Numbered from the stretch's first letter, positions 25,201-40,426 are shown. The stretch: 64,000 nt of DNA from Azolla caroliniana (GCA_043228905.1 JBHGNT010000013.1:17856001-17920000), one strand, 5' to 3'. Translations and numbers: made by a program. Notes: generated from the letters alone by a model not told the origin.

Positions 25201-25865
25201 AATTGGTAAAAAATAAAATTAAGGATTGAAAAAGAGAGCTTGTGCCCATATTCTTTCAGGTTGTGAAGCCTCTTTTGCAAGAGAGGACAAAAAGGAAAAT
25301 TAAAGTATTGGATGGGTGTGGAAGAGATGAACTTCTCAGAGTAAATAACCCTTGCCATATGATATACATACTATCGTGTATATAGCATGATAAAGCTTCC
25401 TTGTTTCGGTCTTTCTCTGAAATACTAACTAACATGTTTTGGATTTCCTTGTGTATACCATGTATGGATATACACACATACACACACATGTATGTATCTA
25501 TGCAGATCATGGATTTTGATGTGTTACCTCCTTTTTGTAAGTTGGAGTCGAAACAAAGCGGGTCATCATCGAGAGGCTCTAGCACAGGTGGGAATAGCAA
25601 TTGCTATAGTTCATCTCATTCCTTCCATGTTGAGCTTTGGAACTATATCAAGCAACAATCATATGCTTTGCCCAAATGTTCCGGCCCCGCCCAACAAAAA
25701 TCATTCCATGTTGAAGTTCCTGAACCTGATGAAGAAGCACACCAGATTGAAGTTGTGCTTGAGAACACACTGGCGAAGCTCGCCAATGAAAATGGTGACA
25801 ATAACAGTGTTTCTAACAGGGTCGTTAATGGAATTTCGAATCTCCATGTAGGAGATGATTGTTGA
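20614..25865 (+). CDS. SEC14: SEC14-like CRAL-TRIO phosphatidylinositol/phosphatidylcholine transfer protein (353 aa, 11 exons)
   Basis: Exons 20614-20668, 21236-21273, 22287-22370, 22461-22514, 23182-23259, 23771-23824, 23932-23991, 24209-24304, 24450-24551, 25260-25340, 25506-25865; all GT-AG, 1062 nt in frame. Motifs HQGYPDQTLERFLKARE, YVQSHIQINEYRD, DDLNYPEKT, VNAPYIFSACWKVVKPLLQERT. Confidence 0.93.
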
Positions 25866-25978
25866 TCTCAAAGTTGGCAGCAATTTGTGGTTCCTATATT
25901 GGTCGCTGAGGAACACTGATATATCTACCTAACTCTCATACATATGCCTTTAGATGGCATTCCACGGACATAAAAATA

Positions 25979-26013
<35 letters not shown>

Positions 26014-26902
26014 AAACGAAAGGAAAAACATTTAAAAATTGTCAACAAGTATGAAGGTCACTGGGGTCACCATCTTCAGAGTCCATCAATTTTGTGGGTT
26101 ATGTACAGTTTCTTAAAGCTCAACAACCCCCTCATATCCCTAAGAGGCTGAGCTCTCACTCTAATAGAACCAAAAAAATAAACTATATATTTATTCCTAA
26201 GGACTATTTATTTTCAAAACTTGAAGTCATTATGGATGCCACTCTGTTCCTTGATATGCATGATCTTTTGGGGGAAAAAATTATATTCCTTGACAAAGAG
26301 TATATGTTTTGAGTTCCGTTCTTTATGCTTGCCAGTGTGACATGAAATAAAGTATTCAGATCAGGGCTGAAATTATGAGCCCTAAAACAACAATTCTCAT
26401 CCTCGTAAGTTTATTAGCATTGCTTCTCAAAGAGTGCACCTACTTGGCTTTTGAAACCTAAACCCATTAAGAACCCTAAACCCTTCAAGTTTACTTACAT
26501 TGAACTTGTTTTAAAGTTACTATTTTGCAAATAAGAGGTTTAAACAACTGATTGTATAATTTCTTGATGAGTATGTGAGCTTACAAATACACAAACGCTA
26601 TTTGAACTTGCGCGTGTCCACAATCAATATTCAGACTCACCACCATGTACAGGAACAGAATTTAGATTAGTGTCTGTGTTCCCTGTCAATTTTCAAGTAT
26701 TTCGGCTTAGCATCAGTGTCCCCAGAATGCTGGAGTATAGAAGGATATGTAGTGACACAAATCAAATTGAGGAATTGGGAAGGAAACAAACATATAAGCT
26801 ATGTGTATAGGTAGAGATGCCATGTGAGAGGCATTAGAAAAAGAATATCATCCATTCATGTCTTCTTATTATTCTTCTTCCATGTTTCCCATATGTTCTT
26901 AT

Positions 26903-26903
<1 letters not shown>

Positions 26904-26945
<42 letters not shown>
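26904..26945. repeat. (GA)n microsatellite
   Basis: About 20 GA units. Other CT/GA/TA tracts at ~15440, 18917-18979, 22175-22200, 25982-26008, 35048-35070, 37290-37315, 40430-40469, 41805-41840 and 41922-41953. Confidence 0.95.
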
Positions 26946-26947
<2 letters not shown>

Positions 26948-28116
26948 GCTTGTAGTGTTGCTTTGGAGACTCATCTTTATCAAAGTGATTATGAGAGTTT
27001 TGGTTCCCTTGGCATCACTCTTGGGGTTGATTCCTTGTTTGTGGCTGAGTTTCCAATGTACGCTTCATTGTCATCAATCATTGTGATACAATTGTTATCG
27101 GTCATTGTCAATCACCATCATCATGCATATGCATCTGGTTCTGGTCCAAACCTGAATCGTCCACAAGATAACACAGACTGTTTTCTCAAATTTAAGAGAT
27201 TCTGTAATCTGATTTCCAAGAATACCACAACATGATTTCCAGGTTTTTCAAGTTTAACCACATGATCATGGATCCATGGCCCACGGTGATTATCATCCTC
27301 ATTATGATGGCATATAAGACTCTGACATTGTTGCACGACCCCATCTTTCATCACATGATTCATTTCGTGTTACATAGTTGTGTATTGATATGTATCTACG
27401 TTATGGTGAGGCATATCGTTTGACAAGAAAAATGATCAAAACCATAAATTATTAATAGCCGCAATATTAAATGTGTCCATTTTCCCCATATTTTCTTCGC
27501 CACCTAGATAAGTGAGCTTGGATACCCAAATCTAAGAAGGCAAAATGACACGATCCTGTGAAATATCCTATACAGTACATCTATTATGCATAAAATTCCT
27601 TTAGTATAATACATCAGCCTTTTTAAAATGTATATATGTACTATTAACGAAAAAAAAGAAACAAAATAGGATCCATATATTACTAACCATGTGGCCATCA
27701 GAATAAATAAGAAACATCTAATGCAAAGAAACCACCTTCTGTATTCTTTATTTAGAATAGTTCGGGCATTATTGCTACATTTATCAATGAATCCTGACAT
27801 CCAGATGAATCAACAAATATTTTCCAATATAAAAGTGTAATTTTATTGCTGTACAATAAACCCTTTAAATGGTTGTATAATTACAGCTCTCAAGACATCA
27901 CTTGAGAAGAAATAAATACTTAAATCCCATGAATTAGTTGAGACAAGTCATATGAGATCTTGAATCCAAGGTATATATATGTAAACATTACACACCTTAG
28001 AGGAGACATCTGCACCTCCACTTTGGTTAGTTAAGCAAATCAGGTCTTGAGTCCGAGGCAATCAGTTAGTTAAGTAAACGGGTTTTTTATTTTTATTTTT
28101 ATTTTTATTTTTATTT

Positions 28117-31100
28117 TCAATCTGCTTTCGTTTCTAGTATCACTATTTCATTTGGTATAATAGCACCATTGGTCGTCTCGGTTTCTTCTTTCTTTTCATT
28201 GGTCACCTCTGATTCTTCTTTATTTTCATTGGTCACCTCTAATTCTTCTTTCTTTTCATTGGTCACCTCCGATTCTTCTTTCTTTTCGTTGGTCACCTCA
28301 GATTCCACATCTGATTCCACCTTGGATTCTACCTTTGATTCCTTCTTAGGATATCGTTTATCCGCATCGATGAAAGCTGGCTGGTTAGTGGAAGAGAGAA
28401 GCCGTGCCCACATTCTGTCCGCAATATTCACACGATTCTGCTTTTCTGTTACCCTCTGTGACAGTTTTATCAAATTTACAGGTATTAACTGACACTTTCA
28501 GCTGAAGACTTCACATGCCATATATATAAAACAAGAAAATATCATTTTACCGTAATGGGAATATAACAATGACGACCGTTTACGGGTCCAATAGTAAAAC
28601 CTGTATATCCTGCCATTGCCCCATGGATACCACTCTGAGCAAGCAAAGTGCAATAGACATTATCTGCTGCATTACTCGGAATGGCACGAATCATATATGT
28701 TGGATCTGCAGGCAAAATGATCAAGAAATTTTTAACATATCCATCTTTCACTTCTAGAAGTTCTCTGATCACAGTGAGAAGCTTTATTTACCTATGTACT
28801 TCAAGTTCAGAATATGTTTCTTTGTAGCAAGGAAGTGACCCTGCGACCAATAAATAATTAAATGCGGTACAATTGTATTATACATGTGAGTGTATACTAG
28901 ATATATTTTCTGAGTATAGGCATATAAGGGTATACATATGATAGGGGACAGGAAGTTAAAATTTTCAAACCTGGGGCTTGGGAGGCTAAAGGGATCCAGG
29001 GCATCTACTGCTTATTTAGACAGTGTATCACACCAACTTCATTTCAGAGTCATTATTCCTTAATTATTAGTTTTACCTTTTCTAATTCAATCTCTTACAA
29101 ATGTAGTTCAATTTGCTACAAGTGTTCAACACAGCTTGGACAGCATGTTGGATTATTTTGATAAAAACTTAAATTGATATGTCTATCAAGATAGGGGAGG
29201 AGATATTTGAGAAAATATCTATAAGGAGGGGTTTCGAAGGGTTGATGTGTGCAAGCAACATCTAAAACATCTAACCTATGCATACCTTGAGTTTCTGAGA
29301 AAGCCACATGCCAATGTCATGAAGCAATTGATTTCCTGATGGATCACGTGAAGTTGAACTTGTTTCAATAAGTTCTTGTCCTGCTCCTTCTGCTACCACT
29401 ATTACCATATGCCCATTTTCTCCTAATCTTTTCTCAACGAATTCATACAGCCCACCTTTGCCTTCTAAATAGAATGGTACCTCGGGTATCAAACAGAGAT
29501 CCTTGCAAGACAAAAAAGACAACAAAATCAATATAAATTATATTTTATAAAGTTTGCACAATGCCAACCCAACTACCACACTTACCACATCCCTGCTTGC
29601 CAAAGTAGCATACATTGCAATATACCCTGTAAAAATTGAGACAAAATAAGCTACAATGGACTAGCTGTATATCCTATGATATTTATTAGACACAATGTAA
29701 AAAGTTTAAATGGCCAAACTCAAGACTTCAAAACTAAAATTACTAGCAAAGATTAACATTATAAATTCACAGTAAAAATCATAAAATTGATCTTTTGAAA
29801 GTCAGAATTAGAAAATTTAAGACTCAAAAGTTTCTCAAATCTCTGCTTTCGATTCCTTTTTACATAAATGAATTTAAAGGTGTTCACTAGCAACAATATA
29901 CTAGTACAGCAAACTGAACTAACTGCAATGAATGTTTCGTGGTGGAGCACAACTAAGGCTTATCGCTGTTTGTGTCAACCTATTGCTAACACCACATAAA
30001 GTTGTAATTTGTAATTGTTTCCATGTTACCTTCTGTGTGAGGGAGTTCAACTTTAAGGCTCATTATTGATACATTGTGTGAAAGTATTGGCAACAAACTC
30101 TATGTGAATCCTAATTGTTATGGTTATTATCCATTGTGCACTAAGTTAAATCATTGTTAAAAGGATTTGCATCGTTTCTAATGCGATTCTCTTCCCACAA
30201 GTAAGCTGTATGGATTGGCCAAAGAGCTTGTTTCACCCTAATTGATGCCAAAAAGTCAAGCAGAATCCACATCAAAGAAATCCCACCTATTGAAAACAAC
30301 ATCTCCCATGCACCTATTATACCAATTGCATATAACCTAACAGCACTAGACACAATGTGGAAACTTCTTCATCATAGCAACAAAATCCTGAAATTTTAAC
30401 AATATAATCACTAAGTGAAAGAACAAGCAGAAAAATATGCATAGCCTTGGATAAAATGTCTGCAAGATGCATGAACTTACCACTATATCGACCCATCAAT
30501 TTTACCAGCCCAATGCCATTTTGCACACTTTCAGCTTCTGTGTGAGCAGCATTAATGGCCCGTTGAGCTTCTTCAACAGCTGTATCGAATCCAAATGATC
30601 TGTCTATCACCTAAATTCATGAAGATGACAGTTTATTAGAAAAATGAGGTTGGATTTTTTGTTAAAACCTCGACAAAATATTTCCAAATTATATCACTCT
30701 AACAAAAACATTTCCAAACATGAATCTGAAAAGAGAATATGAACATGTTCATATGATTATTGACTTACACAAATATCATTATCTATGGTCTTTGGTATCC
30801 CTACAACCGCGACCTTTAATCCTCTCTTCCGCACCTCCTATAGTTCGTCAAATTTATACCATTCAAGTATTCTCTTCCAGATAGAGGATATTAAAAGGAA
30901 AAACACTTGAATTGACTGGGGTCACCTCATAAATGGCATTTGCACCTTTCTGTGTTCCATCACCTCCGATTATATACACCTGTTAAAAAACTGTTTTGTT
31001 TATTCTAGAGAATATTTACGAGGAAAACAATACTAGTACAACTGAAAATGATAACTTACTTGGTTGATGCCCCGATCCTCAATACTATTCACAATCTTGG

Positions 31101-34100
31101 TTGTGTCATGTCCACCACGAGAAGTTCCAAGGACAGTCCCTCCACGTTTATGGATATCATTGACGACTTTTGGGTTTAAAGGTAAAGTATTTCGAGCATA
31201 AAATCCACGATAGCCTCCCTGGAAATCAACAATTCATGAGTTGCTTCCCATAATGCACAAAATTAAGAAACTTTATTTGGTTTCGAATTGGAAAAGCATT
31301 AAAAGAAGGCACTATACAATTTATTTACATACACATATATAGAATTAACAATCAAGTCTAACGTAAAGCTAATGTACTTACTTCAATGCCAATGATATTT
31401 CGAACTCCATATTGATTCCATAGTCCACATACTATTTCTCGGATCACAGTGTTTAAGCCAGGGCAGAGTCCTCCACATGTAACAACACAAGCTTTAACTT
31501 CCTCTGGCTCAAAGTACACCTGTGTAATTACTTGTAAGAACAAGAAGAACAAAACATTTTGAACAAAAATTGTAAATAAAAATTCAAGAAGATGAACAGA
31601 TAAGCACACTTTCTCCATAGGGCCCGCACGTCGAAAATGCCAACCATGTCCTGGGGATTTTAAAGAAGTGACAACCTTTGACAACAAATGCCACAAGACA
31701 AAGTTTTAGTAAGTTTTTTGCAAGTAAATTTCCCACACCTCAGCTACCATAGAGCCAAAGCTTTACAGAAATGCAATAATATAGACTTACATTCCTTGCA
31801 ACTACATCATTGGGGCCCACAAAGTAGTGTCTGGATGAAAGAAGAAAGAGAACTGAGTTAAAAACCAACTTCAATAGACTTAATGGAAGCACCAGAACAC
31901 CATCAGTTAATAGTTACCCCACCTTCCCGTCGCATATGCAGGGTTATAATTGAGAGGGCTTGGATATGTCTGAAATAACATCAAAGCAATTACCAATTAA
32001 CTCGAAAAAAAAGAAAGAATGGTTTTAACAGAAATTATGAACTGAACTTACAGAAATACATCTACAAAGAAAAGATAACAAACAAAACATGATAGGACCA
32101 ACAGATTCTCTCCTGATAGGTTATCCACAAAAATGCAGTAGATTATCTTTCTCATCTCTAACTAACTTCCTTTTCTTTTATAGCACAACTGAAAGCCTGT
32201 TTTAATGTAATCTTGGAACTTAAATCTTTAAGACCATTTAGGCCATTTGATATGTATCTAATTGTATCCCCTGAAGTTTCAATCGTTATGGTGTTCCATA
32301 CTTCCATCCCAGATTGCCATCTTAAAGTGGATTGTAATCTTGTGGTGTTTCAGTTTTCAGTTCCAGGACATAAATATGGATTTCTTTTCTTTTTGTTGCT
32401 TCCAGCAAATATATCCCAACTATGAGCACTGAATGGCAGGTTTGAAACGTAACATTGACATAGATAGATTATATTAAGTCTTGATATAGGCACACTAAAT
32501 AAAATTCTGGAAATATAACATCAGTTAAGAGTCCTCCAAAGTCGAACTCTTATAACGTTGAAATTCTAATCTCCTAGCCTTGAGGATCTTTTCTGAACCC
32601 TCCCCAGTCCTGATAATAGTACCATCACTTTCAAATTCATGTCTCAAATCGCTACTAGGAAGTGCATCCTCTATAACCTTACAATATCTCAATATCATCT
32701 GTAAACGCATCATATTCTAGGATGCAAATCCATGGTGGTCAACGTGGAATCAGATGGATCTGTAGATAAGATAGACTAGTAACATCCACAGGAGACCAAA
32801 ATACAAACTATGGGATGAACTGAACCCTTTGAGAGGATTGTTACACTCCTTTCACCTACAAACTCAAGTACATTGGAGCAGTGTGACGAACAGAAACAGA
32901 AATATGGAATCAGATCCAATATATCATAATCGATTAGTAAGCATGCTGGTTGATGTGTCCCAAAAAATGGTAAAAAATCATTAGCTTATCAGATTCCTTA
33001 ATGGGCTATGAAGCAGATTAGATAAAAGACCAATAGGAGAACACTGCTGGTTCTACGACAAGCAGGCCCGATGTAGGAACGAACTCTAAGCATGTAGGTG
33101 GATCGACCTAAAAGACAGAGGAAGAGAATGTTGGTTCACCCATTTCAAGAGATCAATTCACACTAGTGGAGAAAGAACCCCCTTTGTTATTTATTGGTTT
33201 TCTGTGTTTAGAGACGTGAGAAAGAAAGAGTATGCTATTTAACTATCATTGCATATGCATTGTGAGGCAGGGGATGGCTTTCTTCCCCCAGAAGTGTTCA
33301 AAGCAATTGATGCAATTTTCTCCATCAAAGTATGTAAAGATTTAAAAGAATTGAAAGATAAAGAGCGCTACACAATGGTAGCCAACCCTTTATATATAAT
33401 GAAATGCCAAGACCATAGCCATGCAGGTTGCATGTATCACTAAGACATATCGGCCTCATTTGACTCCTTACAATTACTGAAATGCTCATGATATGTTTTT
33501 TTTCCTAAAAGCTTCTATATCACCTTATTTGACTCATTAAGTTTAAGGATATACTTTTAATACACCTTCTTTATCTAAAAGATTCTCTCTTTTCTCCTTC
33601 CCATCGAAAAAGAGGAAAAAAGAAGAAGTTAACATGTACATTAACATACAACTTTATCAAAGATCTCTTCATGCACTCAAGTGAATAAGAACTCCACTTT
33701 AGTGTGCAAAAAGTCTCAAGAACCAAATGATAGAAACGAAACCCCATAAAAGTAGCTAGCCCTTTACATACCACCAGACCTTAGTTATATCTCCATATCA
33801 TACCTAATCCACATAATCTCTAGTACAGCATGACAAAAATTTGGAAGAAAGCTTAAAAAATTGTAAAAACAATGACTCCAGTACATCTCTAGTAATGAAA
33901 GGATCATTATCATCATGAGGTTTCTTCATTTGATCCAGTTAAGCTTTAGAATAGCATGAAGAAAACTGATAATGTTATAATTGGGTGTTTGCTCCAGTTA
34001 ACATCTAATAAATATTTAAGATATGTGAAGTTTACTCTCACTAAAAATCACTGAATAAACAATAAATTAATAAAAGAAAACTTAAAATGTGCAAATTTAA

Positions 34101-34570
34101 GCTTAATAAAAATTTAATTCAAAGGAAGGTTGAAAATAAGTGAAAAAAATTACTCTAATTAATCTCTAATAAATCACTCTGTAGAATTTACTCCAGTTAA
34201 TCTGTACACTTACAGGTAGATGAGGCAAATAGTCTAAAAGATGGGGAACATCTTGAAAAATGGGAGGGCCTCCTGAATCAGGATCATTGATAGTTGGATG
34301 AACACCAATCGAGCCGTGAATCGAACCTCTGATAATGAGAATATTCCTCTTCTTATTCTTATCCGGCCCCCTCTCAATGGCGCGATTTGTTGAAGAAAAT
34401 GAGGTTCTTCTTGAAACCCTATTTTGCAGAGCTTTCCAGGAAGAAACCCTAACCTGCTGTGAAGAAGAAAGGGATGAAACGGGACCATCTTCTCTTCCTC
34501 CTTCTCTTGCATGTGAGTGTGACGGGACATATCCAGAGTGTGCAGAAAAGGAGAGAAGGGAAGTTCCCAT
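28117..34570 (-). CDS. PFK: ATP-dependent 6-phosphofructokinase (619 aa, 14 exons), probably plastid-targeted
   Basis: Exons 34570-34214, 31969-31923, 31830-31791, 31675-31610, 31519-31382, 31218-31060, 30979-30926, 30837-30769, 30610-30481, 29626-29586, 29501-29286, 28840-28792, 28705-28551, 28455-28117; 1860 nt in frame. Motifs [23 protein letters not shown] (the GGDG form of ATP-PFKs), [33 protein letters not shown]. Ser/Arg-rich N-terminal extension. Confidence 0.95.
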
Positions 34571-35084
34571 GTAAGATGGAGAGAAAGGGTGGGGGGGGGG
34601 GAAATGGAAATAATAATACAGGAAAGCAGGGAGGGAGCAGAGATGGGCGAATCTGAGAGGGAGGAAATGGGTTTCCTTTTCTTCTGATACTTGAGTTTTT
34701 TTTCTTTCCTTTTCTAATAGAAATTGGTTTGATTTTTCAAAAGGCAAAAAGAAGAAGAAGCAGAAAGCAGAGAGGGGGTGGAAACAGGGGAAATAGGTTT
34801 TCTGTTTTCTGTTATAGAAATTGTTTTATTGGTTAGAAAAAAAAGGGTCGAGGAAGGGTAAAGAGAACAGAGTTTTTTTTTTTTTTCCTTCTTTTGTAAT
34901 AGAAATGGTTTGGAAGGCCAAACCCAAAAGTCAAAAAACAAAAAGCTAGAGCCAAAAGCAAAAAAGCAAAAAGCAAAAAGAAAAAGAAGAAAGCATAGAG
35001 CCTAAGAGGTGGAAGGAAGGAGTGGAAATTGCTTATGGAGTGAGTAAGAGAGAGAGAGAGAGAGAGAGAGAACTTTGCAAGGCC

Positions 35085-35262
35085 ACATATCATCGTATTC
35101 GCCATTTGAATTGGTGTGTAGGGTGGCCTTGAGTTTGAAGTCGTAGTAGTCTTTAAATCCCTAGATAGATAGGTTCTATACTTTGTAGTAAGTTAGTCAT
35201 TGTGGTGTTTTTTCTTTCGTAATGAAAGCCATTATTTACGAAGAGAGAGAGAGAGAGAGAAA
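35085..35262 (+). repeat. ~170-bp dispersed direct repeat, copy 1 (copy 2 at ~40285-40469), ending in (GA)n
   Basis: cacatatcatc(g/a)tattcgccatttgaattggtgtgta...tttctttcgtaatgaaa(g/t)ccatt..gaagagagag is present at both sites. Confidence 0.85.
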
Positions 35263-35321
35263 GAAAGAAAGATATATTAACGTCTTCTAAGGCCAAATTT
35301 GGCCCATGAGACAAATGGCTT

Positions 35322-35356
<35 letters not shown>

Positions 35357-38300
35357 TTGGGGAAGGGCACGGTTTCTAACATAGGATGTCCACTTTAGAA
35401 ATAGGAATGACGGTTGAAAGTCTTGATCAGTCAAACTGATTCGCATCCTTATGAAGCCCGAGAAAACATCAAGTTTGGATGTTAGCAATTGGTAGCCATG
35501 TGTCCGAGGCAAGTAGCGAGTGCCATGCTCACTCTTGAGTCTTTATCCATGTCTCGTTGATCTATTAACGAGTTCTTTTTCGTATCGAGCTCTATCTCTC
35601 TGCTTCGAGCTATGCACCCATGCTTGCCTTCCCTTCAAAGTGATGAGCTTCTTCGCTTTCATTCTTGTTTGTTTTAGAACCTCTCTGCTTCTATCATAAC
35701 CTAATCTTTTAATATGTTGACATTTGAATCCATAGAGTGGACTCTTCATTACATTGTTAGAAGCCTTACCTTATTCGTTATGCTCAGCAAACTATATTGT
35801 TGTGTTCGTGCTCCATCCTTTGTTCAATACAACATCTAGCAAGCAAATAAAGAATTTCACTTTGAACCATCGACTTAAATATGTTGTTGTTTACAGTGTT
35901 CCATTATAAGTATTGGAAATACTAGAAGATTTGGAAACATATATTGGATTATGCTATTGCTACATGAAGTTGTTGGTGTTGAGTCAATTGAATGAAAGTT
36001 TTTGGTGATGTTATGTGTGTTCCTTGGCACACCTAGAAGCATGTGATGACACAGTCCTTGCTTTGCATTTTGTTATGTTTGTTGAGCAACTCAACTGAAC
36101 AAGTTATCATATGGTATAACTATTTGCATGCTTAGGGATTGATACTCATCTAGCATGCAAAGTTATGACACTCACAAAGTCACACATACGAGTAATAATG
36201 CCAGTGTTGGTCCAAACACTATTGTCTCGAGATTCTGTTTACTGCCATTCACTTTTATGTAGCTAATGTATGCTTGTGAAACTAAAGACCTTGTGATGAG
36301 CAAGGCAACACCACTAGTTGATCTTACCATGTTTTTTTTACTTTTTCGTGCATGGGCATTATGTGTTTTAGTTTATTGGTTGTGAGATAATATAAAGAAG
36401 TCATCAACCATGAAAGAAGCAGAAACTTGTGAGAGTTTATGCTCATTTGCAAAGTAATGACTATTTTATCCATGTACAAGCAACATAATTTGTAGTGCGA
36501 AAAGATGTGGAAAAGTTGAAGGAATATTAAGAGAAAAAATATACAAATAAAGGCATGAGAGAGAGACTTTGATGTTCACTAGACAATCTATGAAATGCAC
36601 ATAACCAAGTTGATAACCACAAAAATGTTCAAGACAACTCGAGATATTCTAGATACTCGATTTCAAGTTATCTACTATTGATTCAAAGATGGAGTGTGAA
36701 ATGATTGAAATAATTAACAATTATGAAAGGCAACCACTTCATGACAACTCATAACCACTATTCATAAAATTATGAACTAATTGTTTGAATAGTTTGTAAC
36801 ATTTATTCATAAAATTATTACAAGGTCATAATTATTTGAAGAGTCATTGCTCACAACATTCGTATGAAGGGAACCAAATTCCATTAATGGGAAAAATTAG
36901 AATGTAAACTCAAGGTTTATAATTTGCGCTAGCATATTCATGTGTTCATCCGTTAAACGGTGTGTGTGCTACTAACAATATCGATAAAAGTTGGCTTCTA
37001 TTAACGATGTTATAATTTGTGTATATTGTTGTTTTTGATGTCATAATGCCTATAGACTTAAACATCAGAGATAATATTCATTTTCCTCTTCACTTAATCA
37101 ATGAAATGTTTACTTTTGTTATATGCCATGACCATTCTGATAAGCAACCACCGAAAATAAAATAGTTTGTTTGACTTGATGTTATCGACTCATTGTAAGT
37201 GGCAATAGACAGTATTTCATATGCTAAGAATAGAAAAAGATCAAATTTGTCCCTTGGGCTAGGGGGTTAATGTTGACTCTATTGGCCGTATATATATATA
37301 TATATATATATATATCTTCATTAATATCACCATACCCCTCATAAAAAAAACTCCACATGTTTTACTTGTTTTGGGACAACTATATTGGATTTAATCTCAT
37401 TACCTATTTATATAGTTATTTAAGTACATTAATTTGGTTGAATTATGTTAATCCTAACTTTTTATCCATTGATTAACCTAGTTTGGGTGATATAACGGAA
37501 TTATCCGTGGAGGTTTAAAATAATGGGCAAACACACCCATCCATTTTCCCAATGTATCTTATTTGTTCATTGTGTCTTCATTGATACCCGATGTTATGAA
37601 ATGGAAGAGTTAGGTTGACCTTGAGATAGAGAGTGATATAGAAATAGGATATTCTCTCGATGAAGTTTTTATGTGTGGGTCTAGGCTTTAGATATTGATG
37701 GTATAATCTCGTCGTTATCACGATCCATAGAGCTCTGAGTTCCTTGCATTATAAGCACCAAAGATTTTTATTTCATTGTTTTCTTATTTCGATTGGGGAT
37801 AAATTATGTCGTGGCATTAGAGCCTCAACTTTCCGAATTCAACGAAGCTTTGGTTAAACATATTAGAAAATAGGTTTCAACTTTGAAACATATTGATGAT
37901 AATTTTAGTTCTAGAGTTTTCTGAGATGTCTATATTGAGGTGAAAACTTGCCTCGAGGAGGGGAGTTCTTGTTGGCAAGTGACCATTTGGTTGGTCTCTA
38001 CTTGATTTTCCACCTCTTTTGAAACAATGTTATTAACCTCCACTCTTCTCCCATCTCCATATTGTAATCATATGATACTAAACACTTTTACATAAGTTAA
38101 TATTTACTATTGACTCAAGTGTAAGTTGAGTTTCGTGTGATCCCTCGTTTAGGAGTTCATATGCCATATTGTTGAACGCAAATCCAATTTGTGACATATT
38201 TTATTATAATTTATAAATTATAGATCTAAATGAGGACTTCTAAAACATAAATGATTTTACTAATACATTGCTTTGTTAATGTGGGTTGTTGATCATCAAT

Positions 38301-39569
38301 ATGTGTAGGTATATTGATCGCTTTTGTACAACCATCAAAGTGTAGGTATATTGATCGCTTTTGTACAATATGTGTAATTAGTTGACTTTGATAAGAGTGA
38401 GTGATCATCAATGCACGTATATATAATTAGTGCTTTTTATACAATCACCCAATCATAAATTGACTTTGATTAAATAGATTGGGTTTATAAGGAACATTAC
38501 AATAGCTTGTATCTTCTTCTTGGCTTCCAAAGTGGACAATGATTGTGAACTTTTTTAACTTCGTCACCATCATACAAATTTCATGAATGACTTGGAAGTT
38601 GTAGAACTTAAATCTAAAACCTCCTTCACACATGCCTTACACCGTCTCAAATAGGCTATGCTTGTAACGTTTGCTATGATAAAAATCTAAGTTAGATGCA
38701 TGATAGCTAACAAGTATAAAACTATTGTTATTATACAAAGGGAGGTTGCAACATTGTCAAACCGTTCTAATTCAATGCCAACCTTTAGTTAATACATCTT
38801 AAACCACTTTTTAAATCTTGTTTTTCCTTGTATGCAAATAGATGGTCCTTTTTTCCCATGATGGCAATTGTTTTCACCATTTGAATTGTAAGTATTTTAG
38901 TTGCACTATGATTTTCCAAATGACGCTACCAATGTTCAAGTGTCATATTTCATCTTAAAGTTGTTGAAACATTTACTCCCAAGTTACTTGTAATCTCTTG
39001 AAGCATTCTTTAAGCTATCATCCACAATGTGGCAATCAAGTATATAAATATGAAATTATAGTATCTTGGATATTCCAACAATAATAGTTGGTCGACTGGC
39101 TTCTTGCATATTGCGAAGTTTGCATACATGTGCATTCTTCTACTAGACACACTCCATTCTTTGCAACCATGTCAAGTCATCATTTACATTGATTTGCCAC
39201 ATTGAGAACGTCTTATTCAACAATGATGATGGATATCTAAGGTGCATATTCAATGTTTTACATATGCGCACAAAAAACAAAAAAATGGTTTTTGTCAAAC
39301 AAATTGTGGAGGAAGCAATGATGCAACCACATCTCAACCAACGTGTGCGATTAATCAAAAACCTCAAGGATAAATGTTACATAGTCACCTATGGTTGAAG
39401 AGAAGGTTGAAAGTTCGAATTGTGCAAAAGAAAAGTGAAATATGCCATGTTTCCCAAATGGCAAGAGATCATGATTGACCTTGAAAAGTGACACAAATGG
39501 ACCAGTCACATAAACTTTTGGACGCTAAAATCAATGTAGCCAAAGAAAGTCGTCAATAGACTCCCTAAT

Positions 39570-39950
39570 TGAGTGATTGGTGTGTGCAAAGTGTGCCAAC
39601 TCAAGAAACAACATTGCTATCCATTCCACAAGTGTGAAATGTGAGTATCATAGTCTTGGAAACCATCCTCTTCGATGTATGGGAACTCAAGCAAAATTGT
39701 GAAATTCAACATATGTTGGTACTAGATGGCCTTCATTGATGATCTCTCTCGTCATACATGGCTCTATGTTTTCATGATGTGGGATAAGAGTGAAGTCTTC
39801 CTTGCATTTCCCAAAACATCAAGAGTCTTGTCAAGAAAGTGGTTGATCAAAAGATACAATGTTTTTAGTTTGACGATTGTGAAGAATACTTTTACAATGA
39901 GTTCACAAACGTTAATAATAAGTAAAGTATTGGTCATACTTTATTAATGG
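39570..39950 (+). mobile_element. Ty1/copia GAG-pre-integrase and integrase core remnant
   Basis: VCKVCQLKKQHCYPF ... FDVW ... FIDDLSRHTWLY..KSEVF; frameshifted. Confidence 0.75.
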
Positions 39951-40284
39951 ATAGCGGGAATATTACTAATCAAATCACCAATATGCACAAGGATTGTGTT
40001 GGAACTTGGCAAACACCTTATAGTTGGTGAGACAAGGGAGAGAGTGTGTCAATCAATATGCTCACTCTGTGAATCGTCTTCTTGCACTCACACTCACTCT
40101 CACATGATAAAACAATGAAATGTATTAATGACCAGGATTTATGTTCCTAATGCTACACAATCACTTGATCGACAAACAAAAGAATACAATAAATCACTAA
40201 CCAACAACACAATCTTATTTATTAATTAACCAACCATACTTACATACAAGGTATAACCTCAAACACCATATGAAAACCGGAGGT

Positions 40285-40426
40285 CACATATCATCATATT
40301 CGCCATTTGAATTGGTGTGTACGGTGGCATTGAGTTTGTTATTGTAGGAGTAGTATTTAGATCCCTAGAAGGGTTCTAAGTTAGTCATGTGGTGTTTTTT
40401 TCTTTCGTAATGAAATCCATTCTTTA

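Noticed and set aside
35400-36350. Possible RTE-type LINE remnant on the minus strand (LLGVPRNT..)
   Set aside because: A single weak motif with many stops; needs a profile search.
38450-39400. Possible MULE/FAR1-like transposase remnant on the minus strand (LRCGC..)
   Set aside because: Too degenerate to support a call.
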